Below are positions 28,113-38,828 of a DNA stretch of 64,000 nt, piece after piece. The notes beneath the pieces were generated by a model. That model saw nothing but the letters and a program-made list of their open reading frames with translations. It searched no databases and had not been told where the DNA came from. How positions within the stretch are numbered: the stretch's first letter is position 1; the number at the start of each line of letters is the position of its first letter. The stretch is from an uncultured virus (IMG/VR IMGVR_UViG_3300038960_000189) (Duplodnaviria; Heunggongvirae; Uroviricota; Caudoviricetes), in the IMG/VR virus record IMGVR_UViG_3300038960_000189. One strand, given 5' to 3'. A program made the translations under genes and the position numbers.

Positions 28113-29677
28113 GAGGTAAGCCTTGATTTGTCTAGATCGATATTAACTAGAAAATTCATATCTACATCATTACGCTTACGTACTGGCGTACCTAATTTAC
28201 CAATCATTAATAATTGACCTAAATCATTATATAATCCTATAGTAGTTATATAAGGAGAAAAGTCAGACCCTGTTGCATATGATTGTATATTATAATTATT
28301 GTCAGTTAATACTGATGGATTTTGTGATACATTAAAATCACCAGCTGCAACATTAACTAAAACAGAATGTTCATATGATTTAATAGTACTTTTGTAACTA
28401 GAGCTATAAGGAGTATTAACAATATTATCATAACGATAATCTGGGGATGATATTACTATTAATCCTTGACTTCCGAAAACATTTCCAACCCTATTTGTTT
28501 GAAGCATTCCACCACCTTCTAAACGGTCCGATAAAGTGCTTATATGAGCTTGTGTCAAATGTTTATTAAATATTCTAATTTCATCTAGATCTCCGTGTAA
28601 ACTTCCATTATTTTGTGAATAACCGCCTATTTTTAAGGTAGAATCGTTGTTTATTGTAGCTGACGATGTAAATGGAGTAAGATGATTATAATTTAATAAA
28701 TTAAAACTACCAGATGACTCCAAAGTTCCATTTATATATAATTGAAGATCACTACCTGATTTCTGACAAACAACATGTGTCCAATCACTATCAGTTGCTG
28801 TTGAAGATGTTAATTGTGCTTTAAATGTAGCAGCTCCAGCGGCAGAAAATTTTATTTGATTACTTCCACTTAATTCTATTTTAAAAGGATATTGTTCTGA
28901 TATTGGTTGTGAAAGCTTTCCAATTACTAATTCGTCATTATTTGTAGAATTTGCTCCAGATATAAAAAATGATATTGCATAGTTTTCATAACGATCGTAT
29001 GTTCCATTTAACGGTGTTTCAATAAAACCAGATCCAGAAAATGATGCAGCTAATCCAATTGGTAATTGACTTCCATTTGATGTAGAAACGCCATTTGTAT
29101 ATGTTACACCTGCTATGTTAGTATATGGAATTCTTGAAGTATCAAAATATTCATTGAAACCTTCATAAAATTTTTCATTTAATGCAAAAGATCCTGTTAC
29201 AATTTCATCGTCATATATATTGCCATATATATCTGATTTTAATATTCGATCTCCAACATATTCAAATGAACCTGGTTTCATTTTTTCGCCGAATTTAAGC
29301 TGAGGTACATTGAATACAGATGCAGAAATATATAAATTTTTAGAAGTTTTATTTAAATTTGTAGGCCCATGAGTTTTACTAGGCTCATTTTTTCTTTTAT
29401 AAAATAAATGATTTATTGAATTATATATACTAAATTTATAAGATCCATCAGAATTAATAGAATCATTAAATGTTTTGCTACTAGATATAGCTGGCAAGTT
29501 ATTTACATATATTGCTTGTAATGATTTATAACCTTGTTGTTCTAAACTAGATGAATTAAAATAAAATGTTTTGTTTAATTCAAAAGGATGTACGGTGTAA
29601 TTAATTGGATCTACTTTTTTAAGTACCGAAGGATGCAATCCTTTATATATAGTAATATCGTTTGTATCTTTTTCCAT
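28109..29677 (-). CDS. tail/baseplate protein with LamG (concanavalin A-like) domain
   Basis: WTHVV..LQLYING..LKIG..GDLDEIRIFNK; C-term ITTIGLYND..LLMIGKL. Confidence 0.75.
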   Translation of the reverse strand: MEKDTNDITIYKGLHPSVLKKVDPINYTVHPFELNKTFYFNSSSLEQQGYKSLQAIYVNNLPAISSSKTFNDSINSDGSYKFSIYNSINHLFYKRKNEPSKTHGPTNLNKTSKNLYISASVFNVPQLKFGEKMKPGSFEYVGDRILKSDIYGNIYDDEIVTGSFALNEKFYEGFNEYFDTSRIPYTNIAGVTYTNGVSTSNGSQLPIGLAASFSGSGFIETPLNGTYDRYENYAISFFISGANSTNNDELVIGKLSQPISEQYPFKIELSGSNQIKFSAAGAATFKAQLTSSTATDSDWTHVVCQKSGSDLQLYINGTLESSGSFNLLNYNHLTPFTSSATINNDSTLKIGGYSQNNGSLHGDLDEIRIFNKHLTQAHISTLSDRLEGGGMLQTNRVGNVFGSQGLIVISSPDYRYDNIVNTPYSSSYKSTIKSYEHSVLVNVAAGDFNVSQNPSVLTDNNYNIQSYATGSDFSPYITTIGLYNDLGQLLMIGKLGTPVRKRNDVDMNFLVNIDLDKSRLTS

Positions 29678-29679
29678 TA

Positions 29680-29721
29680 CAGTAAAAACCTGCTATATTT
29701 TATTATAAATATAACAGGTTT
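29680..29721 (-). terminator. 15-bp hairpin terminator enclosing a late-promoter motif
   Basis: Arms 29686-29700 and 29707-29721 (one G-U on minus strand), followed by TTACTG. Confidence 0.65.
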
Positions 29722-29736
29722 AAATTCAATGAAATA

Positions 29737-30936
29737 TTAAAAATCTAATTTCACACGTATTAATGCTTCGCGTGAAAATGATTTCAATAATGGTTTACTT
29801 AATTTTGCAACTGCTAATAATTCATTAGCGTCATTATATAAACCAATTGTTGTTATATATGTTTTAGGATTATTTATGAAACTTGAATTTGCAAACTCTC
29901 CAACAGATCCTGTAACGAATGATGGATTATTTGTAAAATTGTATTGTCCGTTTTTAACTCTGACAAAATAATGAGTGCTTGTAATTTTTTCTTCATTTCT
30001 AGCTTCGAAACTAGCTGCTGACGCAGAATATGATCCAGATATTGAATGATATAATATAAAATGATTATTTCCTTCAGCCGTTGCTGCAGAAGATTCACTA
30101 ACATTTGTAGCAAATGATAAATCTTGATCCAACATTCTTGAATCTAATATCATAGTACCATATGATGGATAAAATAATCCATAATAAACTGGATTAGTTG
30201 GATTATGTATTCCATGATCTATACTTCCAGAAACAATATTATAAACATTACCAGATGTTCCAACAGTTGGTGAAGCAACACTTGAATCATCAATTAATGT
30301 TATAGTTCTACCACCTACTACCACACTACCTGTTGCATTTTGATCATGTGATACAACTGTATTTAATGGCAATTCCCAATTTCCAACATCTAATTTTTCT
30401 CTAACACGATTTCGTTGAACATTAATTGCATATATTGAATCAGTACTTCCACTTCCAGCTGTTACAAATCTTGTTGCTGATTTTTCTAATAATAATTGTT
30501 TATATTGAGCATAAATTGATTTAGAAGCTGGATTTTCTTGTGATCCTAATGCAGAAGATCCACTTCCATTTATATGACCATATGCTAATGCAAATTGTAC
30601 TTCTGATCCTGCTAATTCAGGTGACTTTTGTAAAACATCAATATAATGTCGTATCTGTGATACTGTTTGATTAGATGCAGTAAAATAAGAATTTAAGGAT
30701 CCTTGATTATCACTCCATAATCCTGCAGTTACTATTTCAGTTTGATTTCCAACAACATCCTCTAACTGATTGAATCGATTATATGTTTGTCCAGATGTAG
30801 ATAATATTTGAATTTGTTGCTGTTGAACATTACTAACAGGAGACGTAATAGGTCGGGGTGAACCAACACCAGCTGCGCCTGGCGATTGTGATTGATTTGC
30901 TAATTTTTTTAAATTTTTAATTAAATTTGTTTTCAT
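29737..30936 (-). CDS. virion structural protein (baseplate/tail)
   Basis: C-term YITTIGLYNDANELLAVAKLSKP shared with the 28109..29677 protein. Confidence 0.65.
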   Translation of the reverse strand: MKTNLIKNLKKLANQSQSPGAAGVGSPRPITSPVSNVQQQQIQILSTSGQTYNRFNQLEDVVGNQTEIVTAGLWSDNQGSLNSYFTASNQTVSQIRHYIDVLQKSPELAGSEVQFALAYGHINGSGSSALGSQENPASKSIYAQYKQLLLEKSATRFVTAGSGSTDSIYAINVQRNRVREKLDVGNWELPLNTVVSHDQNATGSVVVGGRTITLIDDSSVASPTVGTSGNVYNIVSGSIDHGIHNPTNPVYYGLFYPSYGTMILDSRMLDQDLSFATNVSESSAATAEGNNHFILYHSISGSYSASAASFEARNEEKITSTHYFVRVKNGQYNFTNNPSFVTGSVGEFANSSFINNPKTYITTIGLYNDANELLAVAKLSKPLLKSFSREALIRVKLDF

Positions 30937-30960
30937 GTTGTATACCTAAAATTAACTACA

Positions 30961-31623
30961 TTAATTAAAATTCTTTACAGTTTGTGTTGTAACTGCTTTA
31001 ACTGTTAAATTAATTGTAGTGCTTCCTCCAGTTTCATTACCAATAATAGTAATAGTTGTGGTTTTATCTTCTGTTATTGTCCTTGCCATAACTTGGAAAC
31101 TAAACCCAGCTACTGCTACACTTTGTGCGTCTTGATTATCACCGATAAATACTGGTACAGTTGGAAGTGTACCTGGATTTGCTAATGCTCTAGTAACAGT
31201 TATATTAGCTATATCACTATTTCCTAGTATTGCTGTATATCCTAAAGTTGAATTTCCACCTTGCAGATTACTTGTATTAGGAGAAATTATTGATGAGTCT
31301 CCTGGAGCATCTAATGATATTGTGTTACTTCCAACAGTAACAACTGGTATTTGTGTTGTAGATTTTGGTAATGTAACTAATTTATATTTTAATGCTTGAG
31401 TTTCATCTGGAATAGCTTCTGTTATTGGCGTATTTTCAATTAATACTCCATAATAATCAGTTCCTAACGGATGATTTACATTCCATAATGAATAATCAAC
31501 TTCATCATCCCCTAAAGCAAACTGTGTAATATTGAAGTTTTGACTTCCTTGTGCTAATAACTCTCTTCCTTTTAAAGTTAAAATAGCATCAACTGTAATT
31601 GAACTATTATCTAAATATCCCAT
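30961..31623 (-). CDS. virion structural protein (baseplate-associated)
   Basis: LT.KGRELLA..ITQFALGD motif; late motif at 31649-31656. Confidence 0.6.
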   Translation of the reverse strand: MGYLDNSSITVDAILTLKGRELLAQGSQNFNITQFALGDDEVDYSLWNVNHPLGTDYYGVLIENTPITEAIPDETQALKYKLVTLPKSTTQIPVVTVGSNTISLDAPGDSSIISPNTSNLQGGNSTLGYTAILGNSDIANITVTRALANPGTLPTVPVFIGDNQDAQSVAVAGFSFQVMARTITEDKTTTITIIGNETGGSTTINLTVKAVTTQTVKNFN

Positions 31624-31682
31624 TTTTGTTAAACCTTTTTATTTTTTAATAAATATTACGTTTTAAAATTTTATATATTTTT

Positions 31683-34600
31683 TTACGAACTCCTTAATAT
31701 TCCAGAATTTTTATTGCTAGAAACTGGTGATCCTGCTACTGATTGAACTATAATTTGATTAGGATTAACTTCTGTAAATTCTACTACTGGTCCATTGTCG
31801 ATAGTTTGTTTCGAATTCATATTAAAATCTGGTCCGGTTAATTTACATCCAAAATATTTTAAATCACCAAATCCTGCAGGTAAGTAATCTTGTACTTCTA
31901 CAAATTTATAATTGTAAAACGATGATGTAACACCACCTGCTCCTGGTCCAGAGTAGCTACTAGATCCATAAGTAGAACTTCCATATGTACTACTAAATGA
32001 AATAGAAGATGATACTGATACAAGTACTTGCTTTATTTCAGAAATTCTACTCCCAGTAATTGTTGGAAGTATAGATTCACAAGTCCAATACGGACTAGAT
32101 GTTTGTATCCAACTTCCTCCAGATCTTACAATATAATCATAACAATATCTAGTACTTGAATATCTTTGTTCTGCACTACTAGTCAAAAACGCATTAAGTT
32201 GATCGTCATCATTCCCAGATGTTCTAACTACTGGTTGATTTAATGAAGCTGTATATTCTATATATTCTGCATTAATATATTCAGTAGTATTATCAAAAAT
32301 AGTTATACTAGTATCTCTTGTTTCATTTGACCTAACAACATCTGGAATAATTGATTCTTTATTTCTTTCTAATAAATTTGGTTGTATCAATAATCCTGTC
32401 AGCTTATTAACTCTAGCCGGTAATAATTGATCTATTTGTTTAAAAAATGATAAATCAAATAATGAAAATATTTTTATATAAGAATTAATATCATTTTTTT
32501 GTCCATACTTTTTCCAGTAATTTCTCGAAATTCTTTCTAAGTCAGGATATGACATTGAATTCAAATCACCAGGATCACCAATATAATCGTCAAGTGATTG
32601 AAATCCTAATTGTGCAATTATATCTTCATTAATCATTGTCTGCGGAGAATAATATACACCTAACTTGGAACTATCTAATGGACTCTTATCATATTGGCTT
32701 CGCTCAGCTCTTGTTTTAACATCTAATGTTCCAATTAGATCCGAAGATTCTATACGAACTTTATTATCATCAAATGTACCAGCAGCTAATGAAATTCCAT
32801 CAAAATAATATGTTTCTTCTAATGAGTCATATGGTTCATTTGTTGACCAACCAACAAAATCAGCTGTTATTCCTGATGGATTTGGTTCAACACCATTTAA
32901 ACTAGAAGTTAATGAATGATCTATTTTTTGCGACAATGGAGTTCTAAACACTAATTCATCATATGCATCTTGATTTCCATCGTATGCAGCTGGTGCTTTG
33001 GTATGATTTTCATATGGAGCTATATCTAAACTAGAAGTCCATAATCTTAACTCTTGCAACTGTCCTTGCAAACGATCAGCCCCAGTAGTTCCTCCTAATG
33101 TTATTGTACCAGTATTAGTAAAAGCAGAAGAATCAGAAGCTGATACTGTAGCTATAATTTTTCCATATTTAGATTTCTTTGCAATTAATTCTAAATCAGA
33201 TCCTGATACTCTTAATAAAGTATTTACCCAATCACCATTGTAACATTCAATTTCTCCTGTAGGATTTCCGTTAATAGATAATGTGCCTAATGTACCCCTA
33301 GAAAAGTCTAAAGTAACATTGTTTGCTCCAATTGAAATTAAATTCATTGTAGATGACATTGTTGGATTAGTTAAAACGTCGTCAGTTCTAAATCTAAGTT
33401 CTACTGATTGTATTGGTTGTGTATAATTAATAGTTACAGTACCAGCCGGATTTCTTATTAAATCCAATGCATAATCAAAATTTGGTTTTTCATATATCGG
33501 TGCACGATTAATTCTTGGACCGCCATATTCTTTTATTGTTATCAATGTTTGAGGTACTCCATAACATGCTAATAGCGCTTGTATACTTCTTTTTGTACCT
33601 TTAGATTTTAACAATCCTGGAATATTATTAACAATACGCCTCCATATATGATATGTCATATCACGTCCTGGTAATGAAGGTTCTCCGACACTAATGGATC
33701 CAGTTAATGGAGTTCCTGATTCATTTGTACCTAATACATATTCCCATAAATTTTTGAATTGATTTCCATTTGATAATGTCCATCCAAATTGTTTTGCAAC
33801 AGAATATAGTAATTCATTTGCCATACCTACTTTTGGATTTTCATCTCTATTATGTATATCAGTCATTGATTTGACATATGAATGTAATATATCAAAATGT
33901 TGACCTAACATATCAATAAATGTTTTCAAATCAATATTACTATCATCCAATAAAATATATTCTGGAATTGAATTTCTTAAAATATTACTATTATTTGTAT
34001 CATAAATAGAAGCTGTTTGATATAGTTGATCATACCAAGAATTAAACGCACTACTGGTAACATTATGCAAATTATATGGATATGATGTATTTGTTTTTGG
34101 TACTGGTGTAATATAACTACCTGTAACTTGATATACCGTAGGATCAATTAATGGACCTGGATGCGTAAATACTGCTGACGATGATTCATAATATAGAAAT
34201 TTTTCAAAATCATCAAATGTACCAATTAATTTATTTTTAGAATTTTCATAATCCACAGCATTAGTTACAGAAACACTACCAGATATTAATGATAAACTAG
34301 CTGATTGTTCTGTATATCTTTGTAATAATTCTAATTTATATTTAAAGTTAGCTAATCGCTCTTTTGCTGAACTATAAAATATAAAATTATTAAAATCTGT
34401 ATAATCTATATTTAGTTTTACTCCAGATAAACTTCCAGAAAAATATGAATCAATAATTTCCTGAGATGTTTGTAATGATGATCCTAATAAATCATTCCAT
34501 GTTTTTAAATCAGTTTCAGACGATATGTTATATGATTTATTATTTGCTTGCCAATTTGGACCTGATAATTGATAAAATTCATTTTGAATTGCTTCAGGAT

Positions 34601-35303
34601 ATATAACTAGATTATCAACATATGGCAACTTTTTTTCACATACAACCCAGCACTTAAAATTCTTAATTATATCTTCTGGTAATGGATTTAATAATTTAAC
34701 ATATAAAAATTCTCCAATAACAACACTATTTACATATTGAACACAATTATTTCTACTAAAATTCAATAAGTATGTTTTAGCATTACCAATATCAGAAGTC
34801 TGTTTTACAGATTGTATATAATTTGTAATTTGTTGTAAGAAATTTAAGTTACTTGAATCTATAGCTCGTAATCTAACTTCTGTTCTGTCTGGAGATATTT
34901 CATCAATTTTTAAATGTTGAGTAGTATAATCACCAATTAAATTCTCAAAAAAGTTTAAAACAAATCGATATGTACCTGCAGATAATCCTAATGATTCAAA
35001 TTCTTGTAATATATTAACATTTACTACTGGAGAATTAAACTGAATGTCGGTATTAGTTTCAGAATCAGTAAAAGTAGGTTGTATATTTGTTGCTTGTATT
35101 GAATGATTAGATGTCAACCAAGAGTCATTTGCATATACGTGCATCTCAACTTTTTGAGTTGGGGTTGGATATAAATTTGGATTAAAATCAATACGATTTA
35201 AAGGATATGTTAATATATTTATATCCTGATTCAATAGACGCTGACCAGAAATAGATTTCGTTGCAGCTAAAATTTCATTGATATTTGTGTATTGATTTAA
35301 CAT
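31683..35303 (-). CDS. large baseplate wedge-like protein (gp7-like position)
   Basis: ~1200 aa; LLKSKGTKRSI..LL..YG motif of wedge proteins; likely start MLNQY at 35303. Confidence 0.6.
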   Translation of the reverse strand: MLNQYTNINEILAATKSISGQRLLNQDINILTYPLNRIDFNPNLYPTPTQKVEMHVYANDSWLTSNHSIQATNIQPTFTDSETNTDIQFNSPVVNVNILQEFESLGLSAGTYRFVLNFFENLIGDYTTQHLKIDEISPDRTEVRLRAIDSSNLNFLQQITNYIQSVKQTSDIGNAKTYLLNFSRNNCVQYVNSVVIGEFLYVKLLNPLPEDIIKNFKCWVVCEKKLPYVDNLVIYPEAIQNEFYQLSGPNWQANNKSYNISSETDLKTWNDLLGSSLQTSQEIIDSYFSGSLSGVKLNIDYTDFNNFIFYSSAKERLANFKYKLELLQRYTEQSASLSLISGSVSVTNAVDYENSKNKLIGTFDDFEKFLYYESSSAVFTHPGPLIDPTVYQVTGSYITPVPKTNTSYPYNLHNVTSSAFNSWYDQLYQTASIYDTNNSNILRNSIPEYILLDDSNIDLKTFIDMLGQHFDILHSYVKSMTDIHNRDENPKVGMANELLYSVAKQFGWTLSNGNQFKNLWEYVLGTNESGTPLTGSISVGEPSLPGRDMTYHIWRRIVNNIPGLLKSKGTKRSIQALLACYGVPQTLITIKEYGGPRINRAPIYEKPNFDYALDLIRNPAGTVTINYTQPIQSVELRFRTDDVLTNPTMSSTMNLISIGANNVTLDFSRGTLGTLSINGNPTGEIECYNGDWVNTLLRVSGSDLELIAKKSKYGKIIATVSASDSSAFTNTGTITLGGTTGADRLQGQLQELRLWTSSLDIAPYENHTKAPAAYDGNQDAYDELVFRTPLSQKIDHSLTSSLNGVEPNPSGITADFVGWSTNEPYDSLEETYYFDGISLAAGTFDDNKVRIESSDLIGTLDVKTRAERSQYDKSPLDSSKLGVYYSPQTMINEDIIAQLGFQSLDDYIGDPGDLNSMSYPDLERISRNYWKKYGQKNDINSYIKIFSLFDLSFFKQIDQLLPARVNKLTGLLIQPNLLERNKESIIPDVVRSNETRDTSITIFDNTTEYINAEYIEYTASLNQPVVRTSGNDDDQLNAFLTSSAEQRYSSTRYCYDYIVRSGGSWIQTSSPYWTCESILPTITGSRISEIKQVLVSVSSSISFSSTYGSSTYGSSSYSGPGAGGVTSSFYNYKFVEVQDYLPAGFGDLKYFGCKLTGPDFNMNSKQTIDNGPVVEFTEVNPNQIIVQSVAGSPVSSNKNSGILRSS

Positions 35304-35304
35304 G

Positions 35305-36717
35305 TTATATATTTTGATCTCCGTAATTTCCACCTGGATCATCAATTACTAATATTTCCCAATATGACACCTCTCTATTATACATCATTCCAAAAAATAC
35401 AGAAGCTTTTCCTTGATTGACTGCTCTCTCTACTGGCAGTTGACTAGTATTATCAACAACAGCACCACCAGCAGTTATATAATATTTATCAAATTTAAAC
35501 GCATCATTTTTGATATCAATAATATAATCCAGTTGTAATTCAGCATATGGGTTACTTGCAGTCATACCAGAAACTGTATCTTCTGGTTTTACAAAAGTTC
35601 GAAATTGTGTTGGCATAGATCTCTCTAGTTTCATTGTAGCTTCTCCATCCCAATCTGGACCATATGCTTGATATCGATAATCATTTTTTTGTCCTATGTC
35701 CCCAAAAGAAGGACGTGTTATTTGTATTCTTATTCTAAATTTAATAGTTTGATTATTTTCACGTAATGTGTCAATCATTTCTTGAGTTAAAGTAAATGTA
35801 CCAGGTTCTATCTGATTTCCACCTCCAGCAATTTTCTGTTTAAATGGAATTTTTCTAAATCCATTTGCCTGTAATGGAACATCAATATCTGTATTTAGTT
35901 TCCAATCTGTTACAGCTTTTCCAAAATCTTGAGAATACCAATAGTTTGTATTATAATTTCGGTTATATGTTTTCCCAGCAGATTTAAATTTACCAGTGTC
36001 TTGATTTACATTTAATTTTTTAAATGTTAAAGGATCACCTTGTTCATCTTCTTCATATGCAACTACATATCTTGCTGTTATTCCATCTGCTAAGCCTAAA
36101 TTAAAATTAATTTCATTGATAGTACTTTCAGGTATATCTGCAGCTTTTATAGATGCTGGAAATTTAAAATAATTAAACTGTGTATCAACTGCGTTTATAA
36201 ATGATGAGTTTGTAAAATTTTCTATAGCTGGTTCTATTACTAAATTCCGATTATCGCTACCTGATATTTGAAATTTAATATTTCCTGCTGCATCTCTGTC
36301 AGTAACATATTGGTTATTTGATTTAAATGTTAATCCATTATCAATGTACTCTTGTTGTATTGATTCTGGAACATTCGGTATAACAGGTAAAGGTGCACCA
36401 GCTGGTGTTACGCTAGATGGCCTAGGACCTGGACTTCCTATTGTTGATAATCCTGTTGATATATTAGGTGATACTGGTCTTGGACTGTTAGGTAATGCAT
36501 TTGAGATTATCGTTGTTATATTATTAGAAATACCTGCAGAAGGATTTCCGGCAGATGAAGGCCCAGACGTAGTTGGTGTTCCTGATGTCGACGAAGAACC
36601 TCCTGAATTTCCGCTTCCTCCCAAGCCTGGATTTCCTGGATTTCCGCTTCCTGCTGCACCATATCCTCCTCGTTGAGATTGTTTAGGATATGTCTTTAAT
36701 ATTTTAACGAAATTCAT
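35305..36717 (-). CDS. hypothetical structural protein with Gly/Ser/Pro-rich N-terminus
   Basis: 470-aa ORF within baseplate cluster. Confidence 0.55.
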   Translation of the reverse strand: MNFVKILKTYPKQSQRGGYGAAGSGNPGNPGLGGSGNSGGSSSTSGTPTTSGPSSAGNPSAGISNNITTIISNALPNSPRPVSPNISTGLSTIGSPGPRPSSVTPAGAPLPVIPNVPESIQQEYIDNGLTFKSNNQYVTDRDAAGNIKFQISGSDNRNLVIEPAIENFTNSSFINAVDTQFNYFKFPASIKAADIPESTINEINFNLGLADGITARYVVAYEEDEQGDPLTFKKLNVNQDTGKFKSAGKTYNRNYNTNYWYSQDFGKAVTDWKLNTDIDVPLQANGFRKIPFKQKIAGGGNQIEPGTFTLTQEMIDTLRENNQTIKFRIRIQITRPSFGDIGQKNDYRYQAYGPDWDGEATMKLERSMPTQFRTFVKPEDTVSGMTASNPYAELQLDYIIDIKNDAFKFDKYYITAGGAVVDNTSQLPVERAVNQGKASVFFGMMYNREVSYWEILVIDDPGGNYGDQNI

Positions 36718-36722
36718 ACTAT

Positions 36723-37874
36723 TTACCTAACTACTTTAAAGAAGCAATCATCTTCTATAAATTCTTCAATAAATCCGTCTACAACTTTAAATTCTATTCG
36801 ATAATATCTTTCCGGCATTAATCCAGACATATCTATATAGATAAAGTTGCTTGTGCTATCACAACTAACTTTAGTATAAATATTATCATACGGAATTATC
36901 GTTTCTTCTGTAGCTGCATCTTTTATTGAATATAAAGTATTGTTAGGCAAATATTTTACTGTTGTTATTGGAAATTTATTTGTTGGAGATTTTTTAGGGT
37001 ATTTATCTCGTGCATATATACGTATTTTATTAACGCTAGTGTCTTTGTATTCTTTCTTTAAATCTGTATATATTGTATATGAATCTAAATTAAATTGCTC
37101 CAAAGATCCTGTATCAAAACTAGATTTGTCAAAATACATTGTAAGTCTAGGAACATATATGGTATGTGTTTCTCTACTAAAGAAACGAACATATCCATTA
37201 ACTGAAATACTTTCTTCATCTGAATCAGAAAATTTTAATATAAATCCATTATTATTTACTACTTTATCATCAGTACCACCAATCCATGTTTGAACTGCAC
37301 CAGTAACATCCATATTAATATCAGTAGGTCGGTAACTAAAATCTTCATTTAAATCTAAACCTGGTTGTGTAAAGAATGATTGTGAATAAAAACTTGAACT
37401 ATATATACCAGAACCAGACTGATACAACCAACTTCCACCAGTTCCAGAACCTGTAATATATAAACTGCTTCCAGATAAATTAACAGATCCAGACGTCCAA
37501 AATGCTCCTGAAATTGGAAAATTCCATGTAACACCATCTGTTACTGCAGTGTCTACATTTTGAAATCCAGTTCCATTATTCCAAGAGTCTCCAACTAGTT
37601 TTGCATCAATTGTGTAATCTGCTGGTAAATTTTTTGCATGGGTTGTGTATAATTGTAACATAAATTTACAATCTTCGATATCTACATTATATTTTACTAA
37701 CGCATCAGATACCTCATTCATGTCAAATTTAATTACAGATCTAGACTTAGAATATGTAGATGTTGAAGTTGATATTCGTTTTCCAACTTCTAATATCTCA
37801 TCTATACCAGTATTATATTCTGGCAATGATTCATACAAAGTTGCATCAGATGATGGATATATTATTTTAAACAT
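36723..37874 (-). CDS. virion structural protein
   Basis: 383-aa ORF in baseplate cluster; DATLYE..NTG.DE.LEVG..RSVIKFD..FFSRE..PRL pattern. Confidence 0.55.
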   Translation of the reverse strand: MFKIIYPSSDATLYESLPEYNTGIDEILEVGKRISTSTSTYSKSRSVIKFDMNEVSDALVKYNVDIEDCKFMLQLYTTHAKNLPADYTIDAKLVGDSWNNGTGFQNVDTAVTDGVTWNFPISGAFWTSGSVNLSGSSLYITGSGTGGSWLYQSGSGIYSSSFYSQSFFTQPGLDLNEDFSYRPTDINMDVTGAVQTWIGGTDDKVVNNNGFILKFSDSDEESISVNGYVRFFSRETHTIYVPRLTMYFDKSSFDTGSLEQFNLDSYTIYTDLKKEYKDTSVNKIRIYARDKYPKKSPTNKFPITTVKYLPNNTLYSIKDAATEETIIPYDNIYTKVSCDSTSNFIYIDMSGLMPERYYRIEFKVVDGFIEEFIEDDCFFKVVR

Positions 37875-37903
37875 AATGTATTATTTCTTTTTAGTATATT
37901 ATA

Positions 37904-38805
37904 TTAACCTGCTTCATCACCTCCACCTTCAGCATCATCTCCACCTTCTTCTCCTAATTCTGATTCTGCAGGAGTACCACTACCTGTTGATATTTGCATA
38001 AGTTTTCCACTTCTATATAATCTTCCAGAAACTTCTGGATCTTCGGTTGGTAAACTATCGAAATTTAATGATGTTGCGTCAATACTTGATATTCCAGAAA
38101 CTACTCCTGTAGAAGATACTTTAATATTATCTGCATCAATAACTATGGGACTAGATCCGGTAAGATAACTAAATGATCCAGTTTTAGCAGTTATTACACT
38201 ACTCATACCGGTTATTTCTATTCCAGATTCACCAAAAGTAGTAACACTATCTCCTGAATGATGATTAATAACTGTATTTACCTCATCATTATGGTAATTT
38301 AGCATTAACGCACTTTCACCTGAACTCCATGCTATAGCAGCTTCTCCATCATTAAAATTAACACCATTATTTAAGCTTACTGACGCTGATGTTGAAGCTC
38401 CATTAGTAGTTACGTCTTGCAAAGTTCCTACACTNNNNNNNNNNGAGATCCAATTGTAATAGTTTCTAACGGCCCATCGCCGGAGGATCCTGGATTAGCA
38501 ACTACTGTTGTTCCACCGCTACCGCCATCATATGAACCTGTTTTATATATATTTCCTGAAGCATCTATAGTTAATACATTTGTACCAGTACTAGATATAC
38601 TATCTGATCCAACACCAGTAAGAGCAACTTGTTCCTGCAAAGTTACTGATCCCTTAATTTGTACAGAACCTGTTGCAGTTAATGATCCTGATATCGTAAT
38701 ATCATATGCTTCCGTTCCTGTTAAAGCATCTATACTTTGACTAACATGTCCAGCTTGTATAGTGGATGATGTCGATATTCCTGTTTTTGATAATTCTTTT
38801 GCCAT
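37904..38805 (-). CDS. tail fibre-like protein (probably one gene interrupted by N gap at 38435-38444)
   Basis: Two ORFs abut a 10-N gap; ISGSLTATGS and TLQDVT motifs; late motif at 38816-38823. Confidence 0.55.
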
Positions 38806-38828
38806 GGCTTTTTAAATAAATATTTTAA

